NCBI GenBank assembly: GCA_963833995.1
Contig: CAWIAE010000016.1
Location: forward strand, 269,069-333,068
Direction of reading: 5' to 3'
Origin: an uncultured Acidobacteriota bacterium
Lineage (GTDB): Bacteria > Acidobacteriota > Terriglobia > Terriglobales > Acidobacteriaceae
DNA length: 64,000 nt
Shown here piece by piece: positions 34,733 through 46,498 of this stretch. Under the pieces are notes generated by a model, which saw only the letters and a program-made list of their open reading frames with translations, was not told the origin of the DNA and made no database searches. The first letter of the stretch is position 1. Each line of letters starts with the position of its first letter. The position numbers and the translations under genes are program-made.

Positions 34733-35708
34733 GGCGGATCCGAATCTGATCGTGTACTTTGGCGGGAAATATATGCCGCTGAGCGAGGCGCGGGTGGGAA
34801 TCCTGACCCACGCGCTACACTACGGTACCGGGGTGTTTGAAGGGATTCGCGCGCATTGGGACGAGGCTGCGCAAGAGCTGTTTGTGCTGCGGCCGGTGGA
34901 GCACTTCGAGCGCTGGAAGCAGAACTGCGGCATCCTGCGCATCGTTGTTCCGCCATCGCCGGAAGAGTTGTGCGCCATCACGGTCGAGTTGATGCGATGC
35001 AATCGATTCGAGACCAACGTGTATGTTCGGCCGCTGGCCTACAAGAGCGCCGAGCGAGTCGGCGTTAGCCCCGACGATCAGGACGCGTTTGCGATAATTG
35101 CTCTGCCGTTTGGCGAGTATCTCCACGCTGACAAGGGCATCCACGCAGGAGTAAGCTCGTGGCGGCGGATCGAGGATAATGCGATTCCGGCGCGGGCCAA
35201 GATCTGCGGTGCCTATGTGAACAGCGCGCTGGCCAGCGACGAAGCGCGGCAAAGCGGATTTGACGAGGCCATTCTGCTCAACGAGAGCGGACATGTTGCC
35301 GAAGGCGCGACGTGCAACATCTTCATGGTGCGCAAGGGCACACTGATCACCCCGCCGGTGCATGAAAACGTGCTGGAGGGCATCACGCGAGACACGGTGA
35401 TTCGCCTCGCTGAGCGGGAACTCGGCCTGCTGGTGATGGAGCGGCCGATTGACCGTAGCGAACTTTATATATGCGATGAACTGTTCTTTACAGGGACAGC
35501 GGTAGGCTTGGCGCCGGTGGTTCGCGTGGATCATCGGCCGGTGAAAAACGGGACGATTGGCGCGATCACGCGCGAGGTGCAGCAGTTGTACTTCGATGCG
35601 ACGCGCGGACACCTGGAGAGATATCGGAAGTGGCTGGTTCCGGTTTACAAAAACCGTCAGGAATCAGAGCCGGATGCGGTTTCGCTGGCTGAGGTGCACG
35701 CAAGCTGA
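34722..35708 (+). CDS. ilvE: Branched-chain amino acid aminotransferase
   Basis: LHYGTGVFEG, AKICGAY, EGATCN, LEGITR, GTA; GTG start after GGAGG. Confidence 0.93.
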   Translation: MQAEADPNLIVYFGGKYMPLSEARVGILTHALHYGTGVFEGIRAHWDEAAQELFVLRPVEHFERWKQNCGILRIVVPPSPEELCAITVELMRCNRFETNVYVRPLAYKSAERVGVSPDDQDAFAIIALPFGEYLHADKGIHAGVSSWRRIEDNAIPARAKICGAYVNSALASDEARQSGFDEAILLNESGHVAEGATCNIFMVRKGTLITPPVHENVLEGITRDTVIRLAERELGLLVMERPIDRSELYICDELFFTGTAVGLAPVVRVDHRPVKNGTIGAITREVQQLYFDATRGHLERYRKWLVPVYKNRQESEPDAVSLAEVHAS

Positions 35709-35762
35709 GCAGATGACAATGTGAAACCCGCGCGGCAGGGAGGCAGCCACACGGAGGTTCAT

Positions 35763-35807
35763 GGTGCCCCATCCTTCCGCGATACATTTGCGGAGGGATG
35801 GGGCACC
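35763..35807. repeat. REP hairpin (GGTGCCCC family), possible terminator
   Basis: ggtgccccatccttccgc-N9-gcggagggatggggcacc. Confidence 0.8.
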
Positions 35808-36038
35808 CCCTTTGGGGCCTGTCAAGGGCGGAACACCTATCTTTTCAGGAGGTTATGGCGGGTCAGCCACCACCCGGCGTCACCCTCGTTGCATCTAAGA
35901 AGGGCACGGCAGAAATCGAGCCTGCAGACTGTGGATCGGGAGTCGCAAGACAGGCATTTTTCCCAGTTTTTCCATGATTGCCCTTGAACTGTTTTTTTGG
36001 TTGAGTCACAGTAGATGTATTGTGAGAGGTCGAAAAAA

Positions 36039-36473
36039 ATGAAAACCCAATTGTCACTCGTTGTTTCCTTGGTGCTCATGATCCTTGCAGGTAGCCTTCC
36101 GTTAACTCTTGCCCACGGGCAAGACGCGCCGAATGTGGTGCTCTTGCAGCAGTTCACGCTGACACCGTACCCGAAACCTGCTTCGCTGATGTCGGGGGAG
36201 CGCCCTTGTCCTTTTTTCCTTTGGACAAAGGCTTTCACTCCCGAACAGAGAATAAGCTTCAATTATGTCGACAAGGCCGGGATGACGACCAGCAATACCC
36301 CGGTACTGGCGGACGTAAGGATCATTATCGATCCAAAGGATAGCGCCCCGGTTGCTACAACCGATAGCTCCATGGATTCGAATGAAAAAGTCTGGCAGAT
36401 CAGTATGTCCCAGGAGACGTATAACGCCAACGCGAATTGCCTGCAAGGCATTGCGATTCAAAGCGCCCATTGA
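36039..36473 (+). CDS. Hypothetical secreted protein
   Basis: Signal peptide, GAGG RBS, two Cys. Confidence 0.6.
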   Translation: MKTQLSLVVSLVLMILAGSLPLTLAHGQDAPNVVLLQQFTLTPYPKPASLMSGERPCPFFLWTKAFTPEQRISFNYVDKAGMTTSNTPVLADVRIIIDPKDSAPVATTDSSMDSNEKVWQISMSQETYNANANCLQGIAIQSAH

Positions 36474-36617
36474 TCGCAAAACGGTTGCGGCATTGGGATA
36501 GTCGTGTGCTCACCCTGATCACTTCCACAAGTTCCGGGTGCGTCTTATCCCGCGCCGGCGCCAGTTGAATTCGATCACTCGGGATACCGCAATTGTGGAA
36601 TCGCTGTAAATGCTGAG

Positions 36618-37553
36618 TTATCGCGGGATATCCCGGTGCAGGGCCTTGACCTTGTAACCGGCTTTGCGGAGACGGCGGTTCATCTCCTCGGCCATCATCA
36701 CGCTGCGGTGCTGTCCGCCGGTGCATCCGAAGGCTACGGTGAGATAGCTCTTGCCTTCCTCGACATAGTGGGGCAGCAGATAAAGCATAAGGTCCGTGAC
36801 CTTGCCCAGAAACTCCTCGGTCTGCGGAAAACCGCGCACATAGGCGGCCACTTTGGGATCCTTGCCGGTCTTCTTGCGGAACTCGGGCACAAAGTGGGGA
36901 TTAGGAAGAAAGCGCACGTCAAAGACAAGATCCGCGTCCAGGGGCACGCCGTTCTTGAATCCGAAACTGAGGCAGGAAACGAGCAGTTGCTGGCTCTGAT
37001 CCTTGTCCTTGTGGCCGAATCGGGACTGGATCTGCGCGCGCAATTCGTGCACGTTGTAATTTGATGTGTCGATAATCGTGTCCGCCACGTTGCGAATGGA
37101 ATCGAGCAGTTGACGCTCTTCCACGATGGAGCGCTCGACCGTCTCAGACCGCCGCAAGGGATGCGGCCGCCGCGTCTCAGAGTACCGCCGGACCAGCACC
37201 GCGTCCTGCGCGTCCAGAAAGACGACCCGAGTCGGAAGCACTTCCTTCACCTGCTTGAGGATATCGGGAAGTCGATCGAGGGTTTGGCCTTCGCGAATAT
37301 CGACCACTATGGCTGCGCGCTCCACTTCCTTTGACTTGCCCACCAGGCCGGCAAACTCGGTGAGCAGTTCGAGGGGCAGGTTGTCGACCGCGTGATAGCC
37401 CAGGTCCTCGAAGGACTTGAGGGCCGAGGCTTTCCCCGCACCGGAGATGCCGGTGACGATCACAAGTTCTTTCTCGGGCTTTCCGATTGCCTTGAGGGAT
37501 TTGGCGGCCGGCCGCCGGTTGGGCGTGCGGGTCACCGGATTGGATGCCGTCAT
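36618..37553 (-). CDS. rapZ: RNase adapter RapZ
   Basis: TGISGAGK, DNLP, SETRRPHP, DVRFLPNP, GCTGGQHRS. Confidence 0.95.
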   Translation of the reverse strand: MTASNPVTRTPNRRPAAKSLKAIGKPEKELVIVTGISGAGKASALKSFEDLGYHAVDNLPLELLTEFAGLVGKSKEVERAAIVVDIREGQTLDRLPDILKQVKEVLPTRVVFLDAQDAVLVRRYSETRRPHPLRRSETVERSIVEERQLLDSIRNVADTIIDTSNYNVHELRAQIQSRFGHKDKDQSQQLLVSCLSFGFKNGVPLDADLVFDVRFLPNPHFVPEFRKKTGKDPKVAAYVRGFPQTEEFLGKVTDLMLYLLPHYVEEGKSYLTVAFGCTGGQHRSVMMAEEMNRRLRKAGYKVKALHRDIPR

Positions 37554-37709
37554 GGGCTCATCCTACACCGGATGAGAGTTTCCAGACGCGGGGAAAGATT
37601 CGGGAAAAAGCACGGCCTGCGTTTTTAAGAGACTCTGTGCCCGGCACCTGGGATTTCCCGTGCCGGGACAGAAGTCAGGCGAGGTCTCGAGCAGAGAAGG
37701 CCCGGCCGA

Positions 37710-38327
37710 TCAGGGAATCTCCACCAGTTCCATCTGGCCGTCGCGGCGGCGATGCAGCACATACAGATCGCCCGCCGGATTGCGGAAGATGAGAAGGTCC
37801 CGGTCACGGAACTCCGCGTCCTTGACGGCCTCTTCCATGGTCATGGGCTTCATGGAGATGGCTTCGCCGCTTTTGAGGATGTGAGGCTCAACCACGGCGG
37901 CGCGAGCCGGAAACGAATGGACGGCGATGGATGCGCGGGCCGCTTTGCCGTTGGCTGACACCTCATCCGGCTGTGAGGCGCGCGTTTTGGGCCGCGCCAC
38001 GGGCGGCGCCGTCAGCACCTTTTCCTCCTTAGGCAGCCGCTTGCGCTCATAGTTGCGGTCCCGATAGCGCTGAGCCTGCAGCTCGGCGTGGGCCAAGGCC
38101 TGGCGCAGTGCCGCTTCAAGGGTGGCGGCCTCGCCTGCGGCAACAATCGTCTGTAGCCGTGCCTTTATCGTAAGTTCTGCGATTTGCATGTGTCTTTGCG
38201 CCCGAAATGTGATGCTGGCGTGGGCGGTTTTGCCCAGAATACGGGCGATTCGTTCCATTCCCTCTTTGGCCTGCGCGCGCAAGCCCTTGGGAACAATCAC
38301 TTGTCTGGCGGTGAACTCAACATCCAT
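37710..38327 (-). CDS. hpf: Ribosome hibernation factor, long HPF
   Basis: KPMTMEEA...F.N....VL.RR.DG C-terminal domain; downstream of rpoN. Confidence 0.85.
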   Translation of the reverse strand: MDVEFTARQVIVPKGLRAQAKEGMERIARILGKTAHASITFRAQRHMQIAELTIKARLQTIVAAGEAATLEAALRQALAHAELQAQRYRDRNYERKRLPKEEKVLTAPPVARPKTRASQPDEVSANGKAARASIAVHSFPARAAVVEPHILKSGEAISMKPMTMEEAVKDAEFRDRDLLIFRNPAGDLYVLHRRRDGQMELVEIP

Positions 38328-38441
38328 ATAAGCCTCCGCTCTTTGGTCTTCCACCCGGGTTGTAGCGGTTGGAGAAGTTTGGATTCTATAGCATTTCCTC
38401 CCCGGCCGAACATCTTTCGCCAGCCGGAGTCTACGGTGTTT

Positions 38442-40047
38442 CTACGCTTCGCGTCTGCGGCGCTGGTGGGTCGAAGGAATATTCATGTCTTCGCGATATT
38501 TGGCCACGGTGCGGCGAGTGAGCTGGATGCCCTGGGCCTGCAGCATCGCGGCAAGCTGGTCGTCGGTGAGCGGGTGGCCGGGATCTTCGTCTTCGATGAG
38601 TTTGCGGACCTTGCGCTTCAGCACCAGCAGCGGCGTGTCGGCGCCCTCGGGGCCGTTCGAGCCTTCAGAGAAGAAGAAGCGCAGCTCCAGCACGCCCTGC
38701 GGCGTGTGCGCGTACTTGTTGGCCACGGCGCGGCTCACCGTGGAGGGATGCACGCCGATCTCCTCGGCCACTTCCTTGATCATCATGGGCCGCAGCGCTT
38801 CGACGCCGGATTCGAGAAAGTCCTGCTGGCGGCGCACAATCACTTCGCAGGTGCGCAGAATGGTGCTCTTGCGCTGCGCGATATTGCGCATCAACTGCAG
38901 CGCGGAGCGGAACCGCTCCTTCACGTACTCCTTGACTTCCTTTTCGGTGCCTTCGGCCACCAGCATGCGCCGGTAGCGCTGGCTCAGGCGCAGGCTGGGC
39001 AGGTCCTCCTCGTTCATTGCGACCACCCACTCGCCGCCGCGCTTCACAAAGAACACATCGGGCTCGATGAGCCGCGTCTGCTCGCGGTTGTACAGGCGCC
39101 CGGGGCGCGGATCGAGCGTGCGGATGAACTCGACGCCGGCATGCGCTTCTTCGGCCGTGACCTGGGCCGCGCGCGCCAGGTCTTTCATGTCGCGCTTCTG
39201 CAGCAGGTGCAGGTGACGGTCCACGATCAGCGCCGCCACTTCCATCGCGCGCCGCCGCTCCTCGAGCTTCGGCTTCGGCCTCGTCCCGGAAACTGCGATG
39301 AGGATCTTCTTCTTCGTCCGCCGGTTCGGAGCCGTGGCGCGAGTAGAAATGGGCAAACTCGTCCTGCTGCGCCGCGATCTGGATCAGCAGGCACTCGCGC
39401 AGATCGCGCGCGCCACGCCGGCCGGATCAAGATGCTGCACCAGGTCGATGGCGCGTCGGACCACATCAATGGCCGACTGCATTCGTCAAGATGGCACCCG
39501 GGGAATTGGCGCAGGGCCTCGGCCAGTTCTTCGTCGCTAGCGGTGAGGTAGCCATCGTCATCCAGATTGCCGACGACGAACTCCGCGGCTTGTGCAAGGT
39601 TGAAATCGAGGCTCAGAGCCCCCAGCTGCCACGCCAGGTGATCGGAAAGAGTTGTAGGCTGGGAGAGAAAGTTTTCAAACGAGGGCTTTTCGCTCTCTTC
39701 GTATTCCGGCTGCGTGCGATAGCCGGGGTCGAGATAATCCTGGAAATACGAACCAAAATCGATCTCGTTGAAGAGATCCTTGGGCGGCGTCGCCGGCTCG
39801 GCGGTTGCGCTCTCCACGCGTTCGAGACGCTCTTCCCGCTCCATCCTCAGCGGCCCGCCACCTCATCCAGCATCGGAACCGATTCGTCAATCTCTTCCAG
39901 GACGGGATTCTCCACCATCTCGGCATCGATCATCTCCTTCAGCTCGAGCTTGTTCAGGGCAAGAACGCTCACCATCTGCATCAGGCCCGGAGTCAGGACC
40001 TGGCGTTGCGCTACTTTCAGATTCAATCTCGGTTGCAGCAGCGCCAT
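38442..40047 (-). CDS. rpoN: RNA polymerase sigma-54, frameshifted as sequenced
   Basis: Region I (VLTPGLMQ), GNLDDDGYL, HPSTVSR, RRTVAKYR, spread over several frames. Confidence 0.9.
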
Positions 40048-40299
40048 AGAAGCGACTCGATTCCCTATTGCGACTCAACCTTTAAAGCTGTCAAGTGTAA
40101 TCGTGATGGAAAAAGCTCAGCCGGAGCAAAGTTTCATTCGTCACCCGGTCACTATTGTCCCGGATTGGACATCCCGGCTCAACGCAGAGCCGATGTCCGA
40201 ATTGGCATTGGCGGCACTTGCAACCTTCGGGGATTCGACGATCCGCGAGGCGGGCAAACTGCCGAATACAGGAGTTTCGGCGGTGAACTCTCGCCGCAT

Positions 40300-41030
40300 T
40301 CAAGCCAGCGAGAATCCTTCGCCCAGGTAGATGCGCCGCACCTCCACGTCGTTGCCCAGTTCGTGCGGCGTGCCGGCGCGGAAGATCCGGCCCTCGGCGA
40401 TGATGTAGGCCCGGTCGGTGACGCTCAGCGTCTCGCGCACATTGTGGTCGGTGATGAGGACGCCGATGCCGCTGGCCTTCAGGTCGAAGATGATCTTCTG
40501 CAGCTCCAGCACCGCGATGGGGTCGATGCCGCTGAACGGCTCGTCGAGCAGGATGAAGTTGGGCTGGATGCAGAGGGCGCGGGCAATCTCCACGCGGCGC
40601 CGCTCGCCGCCGGAAAGCGCATAGCCGCGCGTGGTGCGGATGTGGCCCAGGTTGAGCTGGTTGATCAGGCGCTCGGCGCGGGTGCGCCGTTCGCGGTTGC
40701 TCAGCGGCTGCGCTTCCAGCACGGCCAGAATGTTCTCTTCCACCGTGAGCTTGCGGAAGACCGACGGCTCCTGGGGAAGGTAGCTGATGCCGTAAGTTGC
40801 GCGCCCGCAGGTACATGGGCAGCGCGGGTGATGTCGGTGTCGTCCACCAGCACGCGCCCCGTCTCCGGCGCCACCAGGCCGACGATGATGTAGAAGCTGG
40901 TGGTCTTGCCGGCGCCGTTCGGCCCCAGCAGGCCCACCACTTCGCCGCGGGAGATCTTCAGGTTGACGCCGCGGACAACCTGCCGTCCCTTGTAGCTCTT
41001 GCCGATTCCCTCGGCAATCAGTGTTTCCAT
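40300..41030 (-). CDS. lptB: LPS export ABC ATPase, frameshifted as sequenced
   Basis: GPNGAGKTT; [22 protein letters not shown]. Confidence 0.92.
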
Positions 41031-41074
41031 CGTAGCTCTTGCTGGCTCTCTTCCGCCGCTACTCTCCCGTCGCA

Positions 41075-43545
41075 TTATTTCGGCGCGGTGGTCTCGGTGA
41101 TGGTCTCGTGTCCGCCGCCTTCGATACTGACGCTATCATCGCGGCTATTGAAAATCAAAGCCTCGCCGGTCACGGTTCCCCGCTGGGGATCGGTGAGCGC
41201 GGCGGCGCGGAGCGTTCCGGTGAGCACATAGTCGCCGGTCACGCCTGAGTACGACCAGTTGCTCGCCGGTGCCGCGCCGGTCCTGTGAGGTGAGCACCAC
41301 GTGCCGCTCGCCGTCATGCGGTCAACCTGGGCTGCGGCCCGTGCTTTGCCGGCCTGTTGCCGGGGGCATAGAACCAGGTCCACTTCGCCGGAAGGTGGTG
41401 TCGCCTCCCGGTTTCCGCGGTTACCGCGCCCAGCGCGCCGCCGCGCATCACCCCTTGCGCTCAGCCTCGGAGTACTACAGGTCGCCTCCGCGTACCCGAA
41501 TGACGCTGGGGCCGGCTGGCTTGGCCATCTTCGTCGCCTGGTTTGGCCGTCTTGTCAGCGGCCGCGCTAAGCAGCACGACCCGGACCGGCTCAGCCGGGT
41601 TGGTGGTGCGCGCAACGAGCGTCTGCCGGGTGCGGTCAAGCACAATCTGCGGGGCTGCGATGGAGTTGGCCTGTTGCCAGAGGCGCGCCTGCCCGCGGAA
41701 GACGGCTTCGCCGCTTACCTCGTGCAACTGCGCCTCGGCAGCGACGGCGTGTGCCGGGCCTTCCCCGCCAAGCGCAGCGGTTGGCGAGGCCGATGGCGCG
41801 TGGTTGTCACTTTTCGCACTGGTCCCAAACCAGGTGGCCTTTACGTCTCCGTGTGCAAAGGCATCGGCGGACGCCTGGGAGACGTCAACTTTGTCTGCCG
41901 AGAGCTGCAAGCCTCCGTCTTCAATACGCGGGTTTCCGGTAAGGTGCAGCCATTCCCCTTTGCCTTCAAACACGGCCTGCGCTGCGGTGGCCCGCAAGAC
42001 CGGCGGAGGCGGTGTGCCCGCTTTTGTTGCGGGCTGCTCCCGCAGCACCACGCTGCCCTCGACGGTGGCGGAATCGATCCGGGCAGAAAGGGGGGTTCCG
42101 GCCTGTTCCTGGCCTTTTGAGGCCGGGTTTGGTGCCGCGGCGAAATGCGCGACGAGGCGTTCGCCGCTGGTGCTTTGCCAGGCCCCTGTGGGCGTGGTCT
42201 GCTCAATGGAGGCATGGCCCACGCCAATCAGTTCGAGTCAGCGACATGCCGGCGCCAAAGGTGCCTGTCACATCGTCGGCAGTCATGCGGGAGGGCGAGG
42301 CGGGGCCGTTGTCGCGGCGGCTCTCATCCGTTAATACCACTCCACCTGCGCCGCGAATCGAGGCCAGTTCTAACTGGCCATGGCCGGTGTTCCGAAACTG
42401 CAAATCAGCGGTCTGGGACGTCCATCCCTGGTGAGTTTGCGACGTTCCGCGGGCCGGGCCGGCCCGCTGATCGCTCTCGATCTTGACCCCGCGCTCGAGA
42501 TGCGCGCTTTTCAGCACGCCTGCCGCGGTGAATTGCAGATTCATCTCGGGCGCCGCGCCGTGCACGGTCCGGTCCTTGCTGATCGAGTCGATGGTGACGC
42601 CGCCTTCGAGAATTCCCTGCGTCGGCTGGCTTTTATCGTCAAAGTTCAGCGTGCCGGTGGGCGCTGCGACATGGCCGCCCGTGCTTGTGGCGAGCGAAAA
42701 ACCATTGGAGGCGTCGAGACGGGCTGCCGAACCATCATCGCGAAACAGAATGATGGCCGCGGCCGCACGAGCCTGGCCGCCGGGGTAGCTGGCCACCCCT
42801 TCCGTCAAGCGGCAAACTCGGTCGTCACGTTCCAATTCGGCATGGCGGGCGGTCAACTCAACCGCCTGGCCGCCGCGATGGGTGTTCAACTGCAACATCA
42901 TGGTCCAGCACCAGCGAACCCTGCTGCGAGTCAAACACGGCGCCCATGGAGCTGCCGGTTCCCTGCACCATGGAGAAGTCGACGCGCTGGTCCGTGGTAG
43001 CTACTCCACTATGCCAGTCGAAACTGAGCCCCTTGGTCTCCACGTGGATCTCGCCGGACGCGGCCGTGGCGGCGCCGGCCGCAAGTGGCTTGGGCAGGAC
43101 TTTATGCGGCGCGCGGCCCGGTATCTTTTGCGGAGCGATGGCCGGAGCCACGCCGGGGCGCATCACAGTGATCTCCACCACGCCGGGAGCCTTGGCCACT
43201 CCGGCTTGGGCGTTGTACTCAAACTCGTCTGCCGGAAATGCGGTCCACACTTTTGCCGTCGGCGCCGTAGAGTTCGATGTTCACATCGTGGAGGATGGCA
43301 TCGCCCTGCTTCAATTGGACGACTTTCGAGGCATGAATCTTGAACAGCGTGTGCCCGCCGTGGGCCTGGGTGTAGGTCACGCCGTTGGACTCCTGCTGGA
43401 TCTCGATGCCAAGGCGCTTGGGAATATCGCGGCGGTTGAATGGATTTCTCCATTTCCCGATGGTGAGGAACAGCGCCAGCACCACAATCAGAAGCACTCC
43501 CGCCGCCAGAACCAGGGTGCGCATCCGTTCGATGGTGAGGCGCAC
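41075..43545 (-). CDS. Long LptC/LptA (OstA)-like beta-jellyroll protein, multiple frameshifts
   Basis: N-terminal TM, beta-rich segments (LTGNPRI, FRGQARLWQ) across about five ORF pieces; upstream of lptB. Confidence 0.7.
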
Positions 43546-43549
43546 GGGC

Positions 43550-44161
43550 TCAGTTCCCCTTGCCGAGCCGGGCCGCCAGCCGCTGCGCAAGGCTCTCGCC
43601 CAGTTCGCTCCACAACAGGCGCGCAGTCGCGCCCGACGCCTTTTCGACAGCCGCCGTTAACTCGACAAGCTGGCGCACGTTTTCCTCGACGTGGCGGGCG
43701 GCCACGGGGTCCAGATCAAGGTCCTCTTCAAGGAAGGGCGCGTCGGAGCCGAAGTCGATGCGGATATGGCCGTCCTGCTCGTAGGCGCCTTCGTCAAAAA
43801 GCGGGCCGAAGCCGGTGACCCGCACCAGGCGCGGCTCGCGCGCCCAGCGAGGATCGAGGCCCTCGCTTCTTTCAAGTTCCCACAAGCTCCAGCCGATCTG
43901 GAACTCGTAGGCGTAGTCGTCATGGAGGATCTCAAGCGCTTCTTCAACGGCCTGCCGCGGCTCGGCGCCGCGCTCTCCCCGTCCGTAAACGCGCTGGAAG
44001 ATTGGCGACTCGCTCCAGTTCATGGGCCAGACGGTGGCCGCGTAGACCCGCGGCTCGCCGCCGTGCGCGGCAAACTCCTCCAGCACCGCCATCAGCTTGT
44101 CGGGGATGGCGGCAACCCGCAGGTTCGGGTACCACAGGCTCAGATAAAGCGTGTCGGACAT
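43550..44161 (-). CDS. Hypothetical protein
   Basis: 203-aa frame with host-like codons, first gene of the lpt operon. Confidence 0.75.
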   Translation of the reverse strand: MSDTLYLSLWYPNLRVAAIPDKLMAVLEEFAAHGGEPRVYAATVWPMNWSESPIFQRVYGRGERGAEPRQAVEEALEILHDDYAYEFQIGWSLWELERSEGLDPRWAREPRLVRVTGFGPLFDEGAYEQDGHIRIDFGSDAPFLEEDLDLDPVAARHVEENVRQLVELTAAVEKASGATARLLWSELGESLAQRLAARLGKGN

Positions 44162-44249
44162 CTGTCTAGATTGTAGACGCGCAAACGGATGCGAAGATGC
44201 GGCGTAATGAGGCTGGTGACCTGAGTCTTAAATTCGCTCTACAAAAAGC

Positions 44250-44311
44250 TGTCATCCTGAGCGTAGTTTGGCGCGTTTTTTGCGCCAAACGGAGTCGAAG
44301 GACCTGCGGTT
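44250..44311 (+). repeat. REP-like element (TGTCATCCTGAGC family)
   Basis: tgtcatcctgagcgta-gtttggcgc-gtttttt-gcgccaaac-ggagtcgaaggacctgc. Confidence 0.65.
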
Positions 44312-44386
44312 CGGGCGTTTGATTTCAGCAACGAACTTTCGATCCGCTAATAGTCCGCCCGGGATTCGATTCTCAGATTTAAGGGA

Positions 44387-46479
44387 TCACCCCGTCACGA
44401 TCTCGCTGAAGTCGGCGATGCCGGAGAAGCTGCTCAGCACTTCGTCGATCAGGCCGAGATGTGCGCCGCGGATCTCCGGGTCGGGATCGAGCACCATGAC
44501 CTTGTCGAAGAAGGTGTCCACGGCGGGACGCAGCGTGGCGATCAGAGCCAGTGCTTCGCCGTAGGCGCGCTCCTGGCGCAGCTTTGCCACCTGTGGAGCG
44601 AGTGCGGCAGCGGCATCGGCGAGTTGCTGCGCCTCGTGCGCCAGCGGCGCTGAGCGTGGCCGCCTGGACGGCAAACCCCTTCTCTTCGCCTGGCGCAGGA
44701 TGTTCTTGATGCGCTTGAACGCCGCGGAGATGGCGGCGAAATCTTCGGATCCGCGGGCTGCGGTCAGCGCTTCGGCCCGGGCGATCGCGTCGCGCACGTC
44801 GTCGGCTCCCGCGGCCAGCACGGCGTTGACCACGTCGTAGGCAAAGCCGCGAACGTCTTTCAGATAGAAGTGCAGACGCTCGCGCAGAAAGGCGGAAACC
44901 TGATCTTGTCTGGAGGTCATCTGCGCCGGCTGCTGCCGATTACATCCTCGAGAGTGAGCGGCAACTCCGACTCGGCGAGAATCTTCACGATCGCATTGGC
45001 CGCGCGACGAAGTGCAAACGGGTCTTTCGAGCCGGTGGGCGCATTGCCGATGCCGAACATGGCGACGATGGTCTGGATGCGGTCGGCGAGGCCCAGCAAC
45101 TGGCCTTCGACGGAAACCGGAATGTCGTCTTCAGTCGAGCCGGGCGTGTACTGCTCGATAGATCGCGAGCGCCGTACGCTCGCCGAGTCCCTGCGCGCGC
45201 GCGTACAGGCCGCCGATGACTCCCTGCAGCTCGGTGAACTCCTTGACCAGTTCGGTGGTGAGGTCGGTCTTGGCGAGTTCGACGGCCTTGAGCAGAGCCG
45301 GTTCATCGAATGCAATGCCGGCGGCTTTCACCGCCGACGACAAGGGCTCGCGCGACGGCAAGGTTCTGCTTCCGTCTTCCAGTAGTAGCTGCCCAACTCC
45401 TTCTGGAAGGTGACGTTCTTCAGGCTCTCCACGCGGTCGACCAGCGGCGTCTTCTGATCGAAGTCCCAGAAGAATCGCGCATCCTTGAAGCGCGCCGTCA
45501 GCACGCGTGCATTGCCGTGGCGAATGATCGCCGCGCCTTCGTCGTCGGCACTGCGTGTTGAGCACGGCCAGAAAATGCGGCGCCAGCTTGCCGTTCGCGT
45601 CTTCGACGGCAAAGTATTTCTGGTGGTCGCGCATCACCGTGACCAGCACTTCTTCAGGCAGGGCAAGATACTCGCGCTCGAAGTCGCCGAGAATGACGGT
45701 GGGCCACTCGGTGAGATGGACGACGGTTTCGACCAGCGGCTCATCTTCGCGCCAGCGCGCGCCGGGAACAGTGCGCGTGGCCGCGTCAAGCGCCTTGCGG
45801 ATGGTATGGCGGCGCTCGGCGACATCGACCACGACGGATGCCGCGCGCAGCGTTTCTTTGTAGTCCTTTGCCTGCCGCAGCAATACCGGCGCCGCTCCAT
45901 GAAGCACGCGATGGCCGCGGCTCGCATTGCCTGCGGCGATCCCGGCAATCTCCAGGGGAACAATCGAGGAGTCAAGCAGCGCCACGACCCAGCGCACGGG
46001 ACGGACAAAGCGCTCCGGCTTGCCTGCGCGCCAGTACATGTTCTTGGCCCAGTAAATGCCCGAGACTTCCTTGGGCAGCTCAGCCGCGAGCATCTGCGGC
46101 GCGGCCGCGTCCCTTGCGCTTGACCGTCGCGCCCACATACTCGCCCTTGGGCGTGGTGACCTTTTCAAGCGCGGCGACGGCCACGCCGGCCTTCTTCGCG
46201 AAGGCCTGCGCAGCGGGCGTCGGTGCGCCGTCTTTGAAGGCGACCTTCCACGAAGGGCCGGTCAGCTGCTCTTCGGTGTCGGCCTGCGCAGCCAGAACGC
46301 CTTCGGCCAGCACGGCCAGGCGGCGCGGCGTGGAGTAGGTGGTGACTTTGGCGCCTCGGCGCAAGCAGCCGCTCGCGCGTGAGCAGGTCGTTGACGCGGC
46401 GGCCCAGCTCGGCCTCGGCCCCGGCAATCATGCGGGCCGGAATTTCTTCAAGCCCGATTTCGAACAGAAAATCTGCCAT
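44387..46479 (-). CDS. glyS: Glycine--tRNA ligase beta subunit, frameshifted as sequenced
   Basis: [46 protein letters not shown] in several frames. Confidence 0.92.
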
Positions 46480-46498
46480 AGACTTTATTGATTCTTCG

